Shown here: piece by piece, positions 32,668 through 43,788 of the stretch | Layout: each line of letters begins with the position of its first letter | Numbering within the stretch: position 1 is the stretch's first letter | IMG/VR virus record: IMGVR_UViG_3300032007_000039 | Reading direction: 5' to 3' (one strand) | Length of the DNA: 64,000 nt | DNA from: an uncultured virus (IMG/VR IMGVR_UViG_3300032007_000039) | Taxonomy: Duplodnaviria > Heunggongvirae > Uroviricota > Caudoviricetes | Notes under the pieces: generated by a model | The model's database searches: none | What the model saw: only the letters and a program-made list of their open reading frames with translations | What the model was told of the DNA's origin: nothing | Translations under genes and position numbers: made by a program

Positions 32668-32832
32668 TTAGCTTATTTTTGTTACCTTATACACATCTTT
32701 AATGCATTTATTGTCAAACCAAAATTCAGTATCTACTAAAAGAGTAAGTGTCAGTAAAAAGCTATTTTCTTTAGCTCTCACTACTTTATTGATTGATTTA
32801 AGTGTTACATAATCACCTACATTAACTTTCAT
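32668..32832 (-). CDS. 54-aa internally shortened paralog of 32845..33120
   Basis: GDYVTLKSI...FD..CIKDVY shared; GGAGG RBS. Confidence 0.65.
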   Translation of the reverse strand: MKVNVGDYVTLKSINKVVRAKENSFLLTLTLLVDTEFWFDNKCIKDVYKVTKIS

Positions 32833-32844
32833 TGTAATACCTCC

Positions 32845-33120
32845 TTATTTATTTACTTTTGTTAATCTATATACGTCTTTAATACACATTTCGTCAAAGC
32901 CCCACATTTTTCCTTTTATGTCAACCCAAACACCATCTTGATTTGCTTCTAATACTTTATACTTATTAGAAGTCCCCATTGCGTCTAACATATTAGTTGA
33001 GAAATAATCTGTATCCGTAGTTACATTTCCATCATTCGCCACATCCCAAAACTTATAGAGAGGTTTTACCTCCTCGATGGATTTCAACGTGACATAATCT
33101 CCATTCCTGATGTTCATCAT
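32845..33120 (-). CDS. hypothetical protein
   Basis: cassette. Confidence 0.85.
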   Translation of the reverse strand: MMNIRNGDYVTLKSIEEVKPLYKFWDVANDGNVTTDTDYFSTNMLDAMGTSNKYKVLEANQDGVWVDIKGKMWGFDEMCIKDVYRLTKVNK

Positions 33121-33249
33121 TATATCCTCCTGTCTATTGGTCTCTGAACCTTAACTCTGTATATAGTATAGCATAGGTAGAACAAGAAGTCAATAGTAAA
33201 TCAAAAAATTTTTTATAAACCATGATACAGAAACGTTTCACAAAACATT

Positions 33250-33729
33250 TTACAATCCAAAAAACAATCTTCTTGCTTTGTTATGACAAGTAATAAAACT
33301 ATTTTTATACCAATTTGGAATATACAAATAGAATATTTCAAATAAATCTATGGGTGAAAAATTTATCCTAGAACTTGTAAATCTAGGAAATATATCTTGA
33401 CAAAAACTATTTATATCAAAATTACGATTACCATATTTTTTATACCAAAACCAATCTCTGTCTTTACGTTCTCTATTTTGTTTTCTTCTAAATATACGAA
33501 TTGTATAAAAACTATCCATGGATTGCAAAAATGTATGAGGATATTGTCTAAATTGTTCAGTAAACCATACAAAATATTTCGTACCACGAATATTGATAAC
33601 TATCTGATAACGATTTATATATACTTCTGAAAAATAATATTCTTTTTGTATACGCTTTACTTTAGATATATGTTTTTCAGATATAATATTATCTTCTAAA
33701 GCACTATTGTTTATTGTTATAGCTTCCAT
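33250..33729 (-). CDS. hypothetical protein (ends FFGL)
   Basis: ORF track. Confidence 0.75.
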   Translation of the reverse strand: MEAITINNSALEDNIISEKHISKVKRIQKEYYFSEVYINRYQIVINIRGTKYFVWFTEQFRQYPHTFLQSMDSFYTIRIFRRKQNRERKDRDWFWYKKYGNRNFDINSFCQDIFPRFTSSRINFSPIDLFEIFYLYIPNWYKNSFITCHNKARRLFFGL

Positions 33730-34585
33730 GTATATACTCCATTTCTTTTAATTGTTCATACGAATACAACAAAGAATAATTGTTTATCTGTATTGACCAT
33801 AGTATTTTTGTATGTTCATCATCTGCGTATATAGCATTTATATTATTACTATATTTAATACCTATATTGTCTAAAATTTCTCGTATATTCAAATCCTCTG
33901 TTTTTATATGCAATTCATAATTTATTTCATCTAATTCTTTTTGTTTTTGTTCCATTGATTTAGATAACATTGAACGTATAAAAAAAACTAATCCATCATA
34001 TTTTACTTTATTATTTGTATATCCATAACATATAACAATATCTTTTTGTTTGAACGATGTATATATATCAACTATACTTTGCAAATATTCTTTTGTTCCC
34101 ATAATCCCAAAGTCGCAATTACTCCATGCAGTAGCCAATTCAGGATAACGTTTTTTATATAAACTTTGCGATAAAAATAATTCTCTAGGAAACTTATTTA
34201 TATTAGTATCATAATAATTATATATATATTCATCTGCACCAATCATATAGTAAAATGTCATATTATATTGTTTTCGTTTCCATATTTGCATTTGATTACT
34301 AACATAATGAATTTGTCTACTATCAAATCCAAAAATAGGTTTATATAACAACCTATTTTTTTTATTATAAAAATTTGTTTTTTCATATGATTGTAAAACA
34401 TAAGGCTTATTATGAAACATAAATGGCGTTAAATGATATAAATTTTGTAAACATTGTATACCTCTTTCATGCTCTGCACAATGACCGCAAGACAAATCCA
34501 TACCTACAATAATATGTTTATTCGTATTATACAAATCATCTGTATATATAAATGTAGGTCTAAAACTTCTTCGCATAATTATCAC
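33704..34585 (-). CDS. hypothetical protein (HCAEHERGI motif)
   Basis: ORF track. Confidence 0.8.
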   Translation of the reverse strand: MIIMRRSFRPTFIYTDDLYNTNKHIIVGMDLSCGHCAEHERGIQCLQNLYHLTPFMFHNKPYVLQSYEKTNFYNKKNRLLYKPIFGFDSRQIHYVSNQMQIWKRKQYNMTFYYMIGADEYIYNYYDTNINKFPRELFLSQSLYKKRYPELATAWSNCDFGIMGTKEYLQSIVDIYTSFKQKDIVICYGYTNNKVKYDGLVFFIRSMLSKSMEQKQKELDEINYELHIKTEDLNIREILDNIGIKYSNNINAIYADDEHTKILWSIQINNYSLLYSYEQLKEMEYIHGSYNNKQ

Positions 34586-34789
34586 CTTACTTAATTATAA
34601 AGGATAACTAACAAAAAAGCAAGGGATTTTGTTCCCTTGCTTTTAATTACATTACTCATCAGAACTGAAAAACGTTACAACCCAAACCTTTATTTTAATT
34701 ACCTCCTAAAACTTATCTCGTTTAACTATATATAGTATAACAGATATTACTTATTTTATCAATAACTTTTTTATTATAAAATAATTAAT

Positions 34790-35015
34790 AGGACGCAAAA
34801 ACCGCCTACCATAAATGGTGGCGGTAAATGCGAGAGATAAACAAATATAAGTAAGATAACGCCTGTGATTTATGCAACAGTAACCGTTCACGTATTACTA
34901 CATTACTTAGTTTGCCTTTTGTCGCAAATTGGAGGTGAGCGTACAATCGGTAAAGAAACCTGTTTGCATACTTAATAGGTGGTTCAAGCCTACTCACTTG
35001 TTTTTGCGTTATACA
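34790..35015 (-). ncRNA. candidate small RNA with promoter and terminator
   Basis: closing stem ATAACGC/GCGTTAT, inner GTGAG/CTCAC, strong terminator ACCGCCACCAT-TT-ATGGTAGGCGGT-TTTT; no RBS. Confidence 0.5.
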
Positions 35016-35299
35016 ATTTCAAAGTTTTTCTTTGTATATTTATTATACCATATTAATTTTTTTTTGTCAAGAACTTTTTTCTTTTCTAAAACCTCTGTTC
35101 TTGATTACATATATATCTTATCACACATTGTCATAAAAGTCAATGGTTTTTTGAAGTTCTTTTGTTCTTGAAGTATCTGTTTTTCTTTACATATATACTA
35201 TCACAAACAAACAAGTTTGTCAACATGCTTAAAGTTTTATATGTAAAATGTTTTATTCTATATAAAAGAAAAAGGACGGTCTTTTGACCGCCCGCCCGA

Positions 35300-35599
35300 T
35301 TAGTTCAGATATTCAATCGGGCAATCGTATTTTTCTTCAACTGCTTTTTTAATGAAACGAGCAAGTTTCACAGCGTTTTCATTCCTTGCATCCGTTCCGC
35401 AATCAGAAAACGCGCCAATGGCTTTTACCATTAAAATAATCTCATCATACTGCAAAGAACGATGGTCTTTCTGTAAGGTGGAAATAAATCCATCCGTTAA
35501 TGGTTTCTGCCCGCTCATACCGCTCGTATTAAGAGCATCCGACATGTTACGTGCAAGTTTGACACCCATATCATATTTTTCTTTTTCGTAATTCATCAT
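35300..35599 (-). CDS. hypothetical protein
   Basis: GGAGG RBS. Confidence 0.85.
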   Translation of the reverse strand: MMNYEKEKYDMGVKLARNMSDALNTSGMSGQKPLTDGFISTLQKDHRSLQYDEIILMVKAIGAFSDCGTDARNENAVKLARFIKKAVEEKYDCPIEYLN

Positions 35600-35846
35600 T
35601 TTGTGTTCCTCCATTTTCTCTAGTGAACTGTATCTCTTAACTGTCTATATAATACCATATCACACAATCATTGTCAATACTTTTTATATAAAAATTTTTC
35701 TTGATTTTGTGCTTTTAAGTTGATTGACTTTTTACCATAAAACATTTTACAAAAAAATTTTTAGTACCTGTTATAAAGTTTGACTTTTTGACTATTTAAT
35801 CAATGGAAAAAGGAAAAAGAGTATTTAATATAAAGAGGTAATAATA

Positions 35847-36251
35847 ATGTTTGGTTTAATTCCTTTTGAAAACAAAGAAATGGATAGTATTTTTAATGAT
35901 GGATTTTTTGATGGATTTAAGTTTCCACAAGTACATCAAGATATGAAATGTGACGTAGAAGATACAGAAAAGTCATATATTGTTACTGCGGAGGTTGCAG
36001 GTTTTGACAAGAATGATATTAAAGTATCAACTAAGGATGACGTTCTGACAATTGCAGTTGAACACAAGGAAGATACAAAGGATGATAAGAAGTATCTTTG
36101 TCACGAAAGAAGTTATAGCAAGGTGTCACGTAGCTTTAGACTTCCTAACATGAACAAGCAGGATATTAAAGCTAATTTGAAAGATGGTATTTTAACCATT
36201 ACTGTTAATAAGGACGAAAAACAGGAAGATAAGTATATCGCTATTGAATAA
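35847..36251 (+). CDS. small heat-shock protein (Hsp20/alpha-crystallin)
   Basis: DVEDTEKSY...AGFDKNDI...ERSY..VSRSFRLP...IKANLKDGILTITV. Confidence 0.95.
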   Translation: MFGLIPFENKEMDSIFNDGFFDGFKFPQVHQDMKCDVEDTEKSYIVTAEVAGFDKNDIKVSTKDDVLTIAVEHKEDTKDDKKYLCHERSYSKVSRSFRLPNMNKQDIKANLKDGILTITVNKDEKQEDKYIAIE

Positions 36252-36398
36252 TTAGATATAATAAAAAAGAATAGTACATATAATAAAACTGTTATGATTT
36301 ATAAAAGAGACTTGCAAAAAAGTCTCTTTTTTGTTATACTATCAACGTAGAATATTTTTATTCTATGTGTTTTATTATAACAATGAGGTGATGTAATC

Positions 36399-36647
36399 AT
36401 GGTTAATTTAATAGAGCAATCTCACAAGCGTTTGAGTTTGAGAGAGTGCGGAGGTTTAGCAAAGATAGCACAGAAATATCATGCAAGTATTAAGGTTTAT
36501 AATGATAACAATTCTGCCAATGCAAAAAGTATATTAAGTGTTTTAGACTTATGTATTTTACCGAATCAAATATTGGTAATTAACATTAGTGGAGTAGATG
36601 AACGACCAGCATTTAATGAAATTAAAAAGTATTTACGCGAATTATAA
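36399..36647 (+). CDS. HPr-family protein lacking the catalytic His15
   Basis: AQKY.ASI.V...ANAKSILSVLDL...I.ISGVDE..A; LSLRE in place of LHARP. Confidence 0.8.
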   Translation: MVNLIEQSHKRLSLRECGGLAKIAQKYHASIKVYNDNNSANAKSILSVLDLCILPNQILVINISGVDERPAFNEIKKYLREL

Positions 36648-36887
36648 TTAAATAAAACGTAAACGGATAATGTGAAAACACATTATCCATGAATGGAAAG
36701 TGTATGCAAGATAGGCATATTTTTTTTATGCCTTTTTCACAATGTAAAATGTCTTATCTAATTTTTTACATAAAACATTTTACACTATGAAAAAAGAAGT
36801 AGTTTTTAATATGCGCAGGAAAAACAGGATTTTTGAATTATACGCTTTTATTTCATTTATATAAAAAACTATTCAAACAAGGGTGAT

Positions 36888-37166
36888 TTGAAAATGATAA
36901 ATGGAATAAAGGAGGTATTAGAAGCCTCTAAAGAAATTTGGCGTGAAGATTATATGGATGTGTTTTATAATATGAAAGATAAAAAAGTTTTCTATGTTAT
37001 AAAACCGTTGAAAGATGTATCAAAACATTTTTATAACATACGTGAATTTGTTAATATCAATACAGTATTTGTTACGAGCATTTATTCAAATTATAAATTC
37101 AATGAAACCATTTTAGAAAATTTGGTTAATAAAGCAGTAGCAGATTTTATAAATATACACAAATAA
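36888..37166 (+). CDS. hypothetical protein
   Basis: ORF track. Confidence 0.7.
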   Translation: MKMINGIKEVLEASKEIWREDYMDVFYNMKDKKVFYVIKPLKDVSKHFYNIREFVNINTVFVTSIYSNYKFNETILENLVNKAVADFINIHK

Positions 37167-37205
37167 AACATATAAATAAAAGAGACTAGATAGCTAGTCT
37201 CTTTT

Positions 37206-37601
37206 TTATAATCCGCTATATAGTGTAATAGGTAAAATTACTTTATGATAGAATAGTTTTTTATATCCATCAATGCAATCTTTTGCGTCATTTTCTTTTT
37301 CAAAACGTATTTTTTTATTCATATAATCATACGTCCCATTATATTTTCTTATTCTATTATCTGTTCTGTGTTCAGAAACAATGTTATATCTACAAATATT
37401 TATCCCGAATAATATATCAATGTCAATGTAATAAGATATATCATCTTTCTTATAAATAAGGAAGGGATATGTCATTGATGTATACATAAGATATTTTATT
37501 ATGCGTTTTCTAAAAATGTCTTTTTCTTGTTCTGTATATGTTTTCCATTTTGTATGTTTCGTATTTTTCTTTACATAGTACTCGATGGTATATCTTTTCA
37601 T
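37206..37601 (-). CDS. hypothetical protein (ends YSGL)
   Basis: ORF track, GGGGGA RBS. Confidence 0.75.
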   Translation of the reverse strand: MKRYTIEYYVKKNTKHTKWKTYTEQEKDIFRKRIIKYLMYTSMTYPFLIYKKDDISYYIDIDILFGINICRYNIVSEHRTDNRIRKYNGTYDYMNKKIRFEKENDAKDCIDGYKKLFYHKVILPITLYSGL

Positions 37602-37676
37602 AGTTATCCCCCAATACCATTATAACAAAAATGATTTGATATAAAAAGAGGGAATATATTTTCCCTCTCCTACTCG

Positions 37677-38105
37677 TTACAGTTTTGTCACTTGACCTGT
37701 GAAAACATTAATGACTTCTGTACCACCACCAAAGGCAGAACGCATTTCTGCTAGTTCTTCTTCACTCGGTTTGTGATTTGCCATTTGTTCACGATAGGAT
37801 TTAATAAATTCCTCATTAGCCTTTTTCAATGCCCTGCTATGTTTGACTAAATCAATATTTCCGTGCATTTTAGTATAGTAGAAACCTGCTACATCCATTG
37901 GAGCAATACGCATTTCGTTTGGAAGAATCCAATATAATACACCATCCTTGACAGTAGATTTATTTGGATTTTTCAATTCTTCTTTCAAGTGCTCTAATTC
38001 ATCCTTATACGTATCGGGATAAAGGTGATAGAATGAAACATAAACCTCGTTCGCTACACTTACCTGTTCTTCAAAAAGTTCTTTCGTCATTTTCATTGTG
38101 CTCAC
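37677..38105 (-). CDS. hypothetical protein (EMRSAFGGGTEVINVFTG)
   Basis: cassette. Confidence 0.85.
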   Translation of the reverse strand: MSTMKMTKELFEEQVSVANEVYVSFYHLYPDTYKDELEHLKEELKNPNKSTVKDGVLYWILPNEMRIAPMDVAGFYYTKMHGNIDLVKHSRALKKANEEFIKSYREQMANHKPSEEELAEMRSAFGGGTEVINVFTGQVTKL

Positions 38106-38442
38106 GAACCTTTCTTCAATAGCGTCTGTTTATCTCTATGGTTATAGTATAGCAAACTATGTGCAATTTGTCAAGCACTTTTTTATATATATTTCGTAGC
38201 AAGCAAGATTGTAAAATGTTTTATCAATAAACAATCTATATTCCGTTTTACTTTATAAACGGCATAAGTATTATGCTATAACCAGCTCGTATAGGCTTAC
38301 ACTTCACCTGTAACGTGCCTTAATAGCAAAACAGGTATAGTTATATGTATTGACTGAAAAACTGCAAAAGAAAACGCTATCTATGATTACGTGTAGCAAA
38401 TAAAAAAGCAGGAAGGGTATTTCACCTTCCTGTTCTATTTTG

Positions 38443-39018
38443 TTATACACGTTCCATGACTTCAAAATCCATCCCTTTCCAATTCGGAATGTTGGCACAA
38501 AAACCGTGATTGACAGAACGTAAACCCTTTGTCTTGCGTTTTCCGAACGGATTGTTATTAACAATACGGAATGTATCTTCTTCACAACCATTCCCAAAGC
38601 AAAATGGTTTTTTGAATTTGATAACTGTTCCCATAGCAAGGGATTTGACCATTTCTTTACGAGAAAGAACCTTATGAACGGTTTCCCTCCACTTTTTTGA
38701 CCAATCATTGCAAGGCTCACTCTGTTCTACGATTTTCATAATTCTTGCAGGGCAGTTATAATAATATGGATTTACTGATTCGTCCATATCCTTATAAGAG
38801 AAATTATATTCTTTATCCCTGCTAAAATGCACCTTGCAAACCATTGCAAAATACTGTTTCTTAGACGGAATGTATACCGCCCGATAATACTCACTCATAT
38901 TTACGAGTGCGCCTTTACCAATAAACTTAAAATCGTCACTCTCCATTTCTTTTTCAAAAAAATCATCAATGCTCATACCATAATCCTTGTGAAGTGAAGT
39001 CCAACCCATGATAATCAC
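38443..39018 (-). CDS. mobile-element-type hypothetical protein (MGWT...YKDMDES.NPYYYNCP)
   Basis: cassette and motif. Confidence 0.85.
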   Translation of the reverse strand: MIIMGWTSLHKDYGMSIDDFFEKEMESDDFKFIGKGALVNMSEYYRAVYIPSKKQYFAMVCKVHFSRDKEYNFSYKDMDESVNPYYYNCPARIMKIVEQSEPCNDWSKKWRETVHKVLSRKEMVKSLAMGTVIKFKKPFCFGNGCEEDTFRIVNNNPFGKRKTKGLRSVNHGFCANIPNWKGMDFEVMERV

Positions 39019-39302
39019 TTTTCCTTTCTTTTCTTAAAAATGAACCTTATCTCTTACTGTCTTTATTATATCTGATATGGAACGTTTTGTCAATAACTTT
39101 TTTATTCATTTCTTGATTTTTTTTATTCCCCCCCCTGTCTATGGTTATAGTATATCAAACTACAAGTACTTTGTCAAGAAGTTTTTTATATTTTTTGGCA
39201 GAAAAATTTTTGTCATAAAACATTTTACAATTTATATACATATACAAAATAGGGAGAAATGATTTTCATTTCTCCCCAATTTGATTTATTTATATCTTTT
39301 TT

Positions 39303-39509
39303 TTATTTTTTTTCGGTATCAAAAGTTCTTAACAACTTTACAAGAAGAAAAGTTGAATTTGTTTTACCAATTCTATACATATTTCCTGTAAATTTGTTTC
39401 TTCTTTCAATAAGAAATTCCTCCCCATTTTTTGTTAAATAATAGCTATAGCTATTATTGGTGTTCAGTTTGTCAACAATATCAAATGCTTTCATTAAGTA
39501 GTTATCCAT
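39303..39509 (-). CDS. small protein, paralog of 40563..40775
   Basis: GGAGG RBS, similarity. Confidence 0.8.
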   Translation of the reverse strand: MDNYLMKAFDIVDKLNTNNSYSYYLTKNGEEFLIERRNKFTGNMYRIGKTNSTFLLVKLLRTFDTEKK

Positions 39510-39688
39510 TTTTGATTACCTCCATCAATTCATATAATTTGTTTCCATTTCCTTATCTCTGTAAACAGTATAGCATATAGCACTATGTTTGTCAAGATGT
39601 TTTTTATATTTTTGGCAGAAAAATTTTTGTCATAAAACATTTTACAAAAAGTCTATAGAAAAAGCAGGGATACCTCACCCTGCTTTTA

Positions 39689-40132
39689 TTACAGTTCAAC
39701 AATATCCAATTTATGTGATTTATCTGCTCTCATACCACAATGAACACCACAAGTCTTTTTATTTTTCAAATTACCTGTATATACGTCAATAATATTACCA
39801 CAATCACACTTGCAACGCATTTTTGCATTATGGAACTTACCACTATCATCATAGTATGCTTTTTGTACAATCGAAATGACAGTTAACGTACCGAATCTAC
39901 GTCCAATCCATTTGCTCTCATATGCCTTTTCTTTACAGTCTTTACACATGGTTACGTTACCACTTTTTAGATACTGCAAGGGTACAATAATATGATTTCC
40001 ACACTCGCACTCGCATTCATACATAGCAAGTGTTTTACCATGATTTCCAATTTCCTTGTTCTCTACATATCGAACAATAGTCAGTTTACCAAATTTATGA
40101 CCAACAAAACTATCTACGTCAAATGTTCTCAT
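39689..40132 (-). CDS. protein with two G.RFG.LTV...C.C.CGN Zn-binding repeats of the type found in HNH/AP2 proteins; no nuclease domain seen
   Basis: motif repeats. Confidence 0.75.
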   Translation of the reverse strand: MRTFDVDSFVGHKFGKLTIVRYVENKEIGNHGKTLAMYECECECGNHIIVPLQYLKSGNVTMCKDCKEKAYESKWIGRRFGTLTVISIVQKAYYDDSGKFHNAKMRCKCDCGNIIDVYTGNLKNKKTCGVHCGMRADKSHKLDIVEL

Positions 40133-40149
40133 TTCAAAAACTCCTTTTC

Positions 40150-40398
40150 TTAAATATCCTCTAGCGAAACTCCATCTTCAGTCATAGATATTTTTGTTAA
40201 AATCCATGACTTATCAATTACCATTGTTGTATCATCTTTACCTGTATAAACCATAATTATTGGTTCATTACCAAGATTAATGATACTTTTCACAGTAACA
40301 ATCTGGTCTGCTAAATATTTTCGTTTTAGTTCTTCTTCTTTAGGCAAATCATTAATTGGTTTAATGACTACAGAATCGCCAATTTGCAAATTCATCAT
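40150..40398 (-). CDS. hypothetical protein
   Basis: AAGGAG RBS. Confidence 0.8.
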   Translation of the reverse strand: MMNLQIGDSVVIKPINDLPKEEELKRKYLADQIVTVKSIINLGNEPIIMVYTGKDDTTMVIDKSWILTKISMTEDGVSLEDI

Positions 40399-40562
40399 AA
40401 AAGTCTCCTTATTGTGATTTAATCTTTCTTAAAAACATTAACCAGCGTAGGTAATCTTTATTTTGTCTCTTTGTTTTATTATATATCATAGATTTTTATT
40501 TGTCAAGACTTTTTGTATTTTTTTGTTTTTGAAATAAAAGCAGGAATTTCACCTGCTTTTAT

Positions 40563-40775
40563 TTAATCACGTTCACTATGATATTTTACCTCATCATAAA
40601 TTCCTTCAAGTGTAATGCGTAACCTACGTTCTGTATTGGCAAAAGCAATATCATAACGTTCATCTGTTGGAAGATTAATGCGAACAACCACATAATCTCC
40701 TGCAATTTTCGTTACAAGATAATCATTGTTTTTATCCATAGCATTGATTTTTTCAAGCAAATCGAAAATCTCCAT
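40563..40775 (-). CDS. hypothetical protein
   Basis: cassette. Confidence 0.85.
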   Translation of the reverse strand: MEIFDLLEKINAMDKNNDYLVTKIAGDYVVVRINLPTDERYDIAFANTERRLRITLEGIYDEVKYHSERD

Positions 40776-40904
40776 TTGTAACTACCTCCATTAACACTTA
40801 AATTCTTGTTTCTATGATTATATAATAACACATGATACAATATTTGTCAAGAGCTTTTGTATATTTTGTTTTTGAAATAAAAGCAGGAATTTCACCTGCT
40901 TTTT

Positions 40905-41470
40905 TAATATGCGTTTTTATGTTCACTACAAGACTGCACTTCATTATAAATTCCTTCAAGCATAACGTCAAAATTACATATAAATAAGAATAAATATGTA
41001 TAATTTTGTTTAGAATTCTAAATTCAAAGTATCGTTAATGTACTCACCTTAATCTTTTTTCAAGATACGGTATTTTGTTTAATTAATTCTATGTATGTTG
41101 TTTTGAATTCTTCGTGGGTTTTGTAAATTGGAATGAATTTATTTGGTTCAATTTCCTGATGACAGGATTTTTTCAAAACGTTTGAGAGAATCCTGTTTTT
41201 TTTAGTTTCAATATTATTTCACCTCCATCCTGTATTAAATATATGTCAAATTAAACATTTTATGATATATTTGTACAAAAAGTTGCAAAATAATTACTTG
41301 TAATATATAATACGTAACATGTTTTCCATATCCACAAAATTATTACAAATTTTGTCTGTTTCAAGATTTATACGCCTAAGTACATAATGTCATCCTGCAA
41401 ATTTCGTTACAAGATAATCATTGTTTTTATCCATAGCAACTAACTTTTCAAGTAAATCAAAAATCACCAT
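40905..41470 (-). pseudogene. disrupted duplicate of 40563..40775
   Basis: 5' half at ~41340-41470 (near-identical DNA, in-frame TGA) and 3' end plus terminator at ~40860-40960, separated by unrelated DNA. Confidence 0.7.
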
Positions 41471-41595
41471 TTGCAACTACCACAACAAAAATATTTATCA
41501 ACTATGTACAGTATATCAAATAATTTTCTATATGTCAATAAAAATTGCTATCATAAAACATTTTACAATAAAAAATAGAGGATATATATCCTCTA

Positions 41596-42825
41596 TCACG
41601 TTAAATCTTTTGTTTTTTGTAAATATGTTTCTATTTCGTTCATAGTTATATATCTACCTGCTTTTGTTTTTATCAAACTAATAGGCATATGATTTTTCAA
41701 ATTAAACATATATCCTTGATATTCTTTTGGTACTAATTTTTGTACTGACTTCCCATAATCAGATTTATTATTTATATTCTTCACTATATCATAATATCTA
41801 TATATCATATCACGTTTTATACGCATATATGTATATATTTTTTCTGCTTTTTCATTCAAAACAGTATGATATACAGTAGGAACTTTAGCCAACAAATCAT
41901 CATAATAATCATCTGCTATAGCTTTAATAATTGTTTTACTAGATGTTTCATCTGATAGTATATGACTTAATTCCAAATAATCAGTACACTTTAGTTTATA
42001 TCTATGATTATCAATTGTGATAACCCAACCCTCTTTATCCGAACCTTTGTAAGTATCACGATTACACATAACTTCATTGAATGATTTTGTATCTATTTGT
42101 GTCATAGGAATATGATACTTATCAGAAAATTCTTTTTTAATATACTTATATCCATATTCTATTCCATTTGTGACATTACGTACACCAATCAGATAAATAC
42201 CCTGTTGTGATTTATCATAGATAACTACATGCCTATCATTCAATGAAATATATTCAAAAATGAATGTTTTATCAGGATTATTCATAATCATTTGTTTGTG
42301 ATTATATGATAGCATAGTTTCTGCTTCTGCCAATCTAAAATTTTGTTCTTTATCTAATGACCCTGTACCACCTAACACAAAATGATTATCATAATATCTA
42401 ACAGACAAAAGTGAACCATCTAGTTTATTTGTTATTTCTACATCTTTTGCATTTTTCAAATATGATTGAATTTTATCAATATATGTTTCTTCAATCTCGC
42501 CTATATTGAAAAATTTTCTAAATGGACATAATACAATTGTATCTTTTTCTACATCTATTGTAAGACCACGCATTTCACGATAAATAGAATTTTCATTACG
42601 ATATATATCATTGTCTCCACCTTTAATAAGTGAATATTTGAATAAATTATATGTTCCATACACAATGATATTTACGCATTTCAAAAAGTTATTATATTTA
42701 TCTGTATTTAAATAGATACACATATCTTCTACACTATATGTATCTAGTTTATCTATTTGCTTTTTGTTCATATACTGATATTTTATCTTCATAACATAGT
42801 TATATGCTATATTCCAATCAAACAT
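41596..42825 (-). CDS. T4 Rnl1-like RNA ligase
   Basis: PFRKFFNIGE, motif I KLDGS, FEY, EGWV, KLK. Confidence 0.85.
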   Translation of the reverse strand: MFDWNIAYNYVMKIKYQYMNKKQIDKLDTYSVEDMCIYLNTDKYNNFLKCVNIIVYGTYNLFKYSLIKGGDNDIYRNENSIYREMRGLTIDVEKDTIVLCPFRKFFNIGEIEETYIDKIQSYLKNAKDVEITNKLDGSLLSVRYYDNHFVLGGTGSLDKEQNFRLAEAETMLSYNHKQMIMNNPDKTFIFEYISLNDRHVVIYDKSQQGIYLIGVRNVTNGIEYGYKYIKKEFSDKYHIPMTQIDTKSFNEVMCNRDTYKGSDKEGWVITIDNHRYKLKCTDYLELSHILSDETSSKTIIKAIADDYYDDLLAKVPTVYHTVLNEKAEKIYTYMRIKRDMIYRYYDIVKNINNKSDYGKSVQKLVPKEYQGYMFNLKNHMPISLIKTKAGRYITMNEIETYLQKTKDLT

Positions 42826-42987
42826 ATTGTATCACCACCATATACAATCATATCATTTATAGAAATATTTGTCAATCAAAATTTGTAAAATGTTTTATAC
42901 CAAATCAAATTCCAAATCATAAAACATTTTACAAATATCATAAAATTAAAAAGGAAAGGTTTCCCCTTCCTTGTACTTTATCAACGC

Positions 42988-43497
42988 TCATAGTGTACTT
43001 TCGTGTACTTTCAGATTGTATTTCTCAATCAGATTATCTGCTTTGTGTTTCCAAATTTCATGCAGATTATTTTCATAGATATAGATTGCAAGCGTCCCCT
43101 TAATCCCTTCATCATCTGCGCCCTTGCAAAGTGCAATCAACTTTTCTGCTTCATCAACAGACACAAGCAGGTGATTTGCAAGTGCTTTTACGTCATTATT
43201 TTTAATGAAGTATGCACCATTTTCCACCTCATACATTGGGCAACCGTCCACGTCACGAAGATGAAATTCAAATAAATCTGCAATAGCAGGGAACTTGCGT
43301 TCCGTATCATGAAGGCAAGCACCAAAGGAAACAGGATTAGCATAACGCTTATCACGTTTACCTTTTCTCGTGGCTTTCCATGTTTCATGCGTCACGGAAA
43401 AATACGGCTTCTGCTTTCCAATCTGATTAAGCTCTCCAAAAACAGTAATCAGATACCCATTGGAAATTTTGTTTGCGACCTCGTAATTGTTGAACAT
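42988..43497 (-). CDS. hypothetical protein
   Basis: cassette. Confidence 0.85.
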   Translation of the reverse strand: MFNNYEVANKISNGYLITVFGELNQIGKQKPYFSVTHETWKATRKGKRDKRYANPVSFGACLHDTERKFPAIADLFEFHLRDVDGCPMYEVENGAYFIKNNDVKALANHLLVSVDEAEKLIALCKGADDEGIKGTLAIYIYENNLHEIWKHKADNLIEKYNLKVHESTL

Positions 43498-43788
43498 TGT
43501 AATTACTTCCTTTCATACGTGAACCTTATCTCTATGGTTATATATTACCACATCTTAGATACTTTGTCAAGAACTTTTTTATTTTTTCTTGGTTACTGTA
43601 TCTATTGCCTTTCGACACTTATATAGTAACACATATCAATATATTTGTCAATAGTTTTTGTATATTTTTTTTGAAAAGATTTTATTCGTATAAAACATTT
43701 TACAAAAATCAATATACACAAAATTGTAAAATGTTTTATACCAAATATTGTTTATCAAAAGAAGGAAGAACTATTTCTTCCTTCTTGC

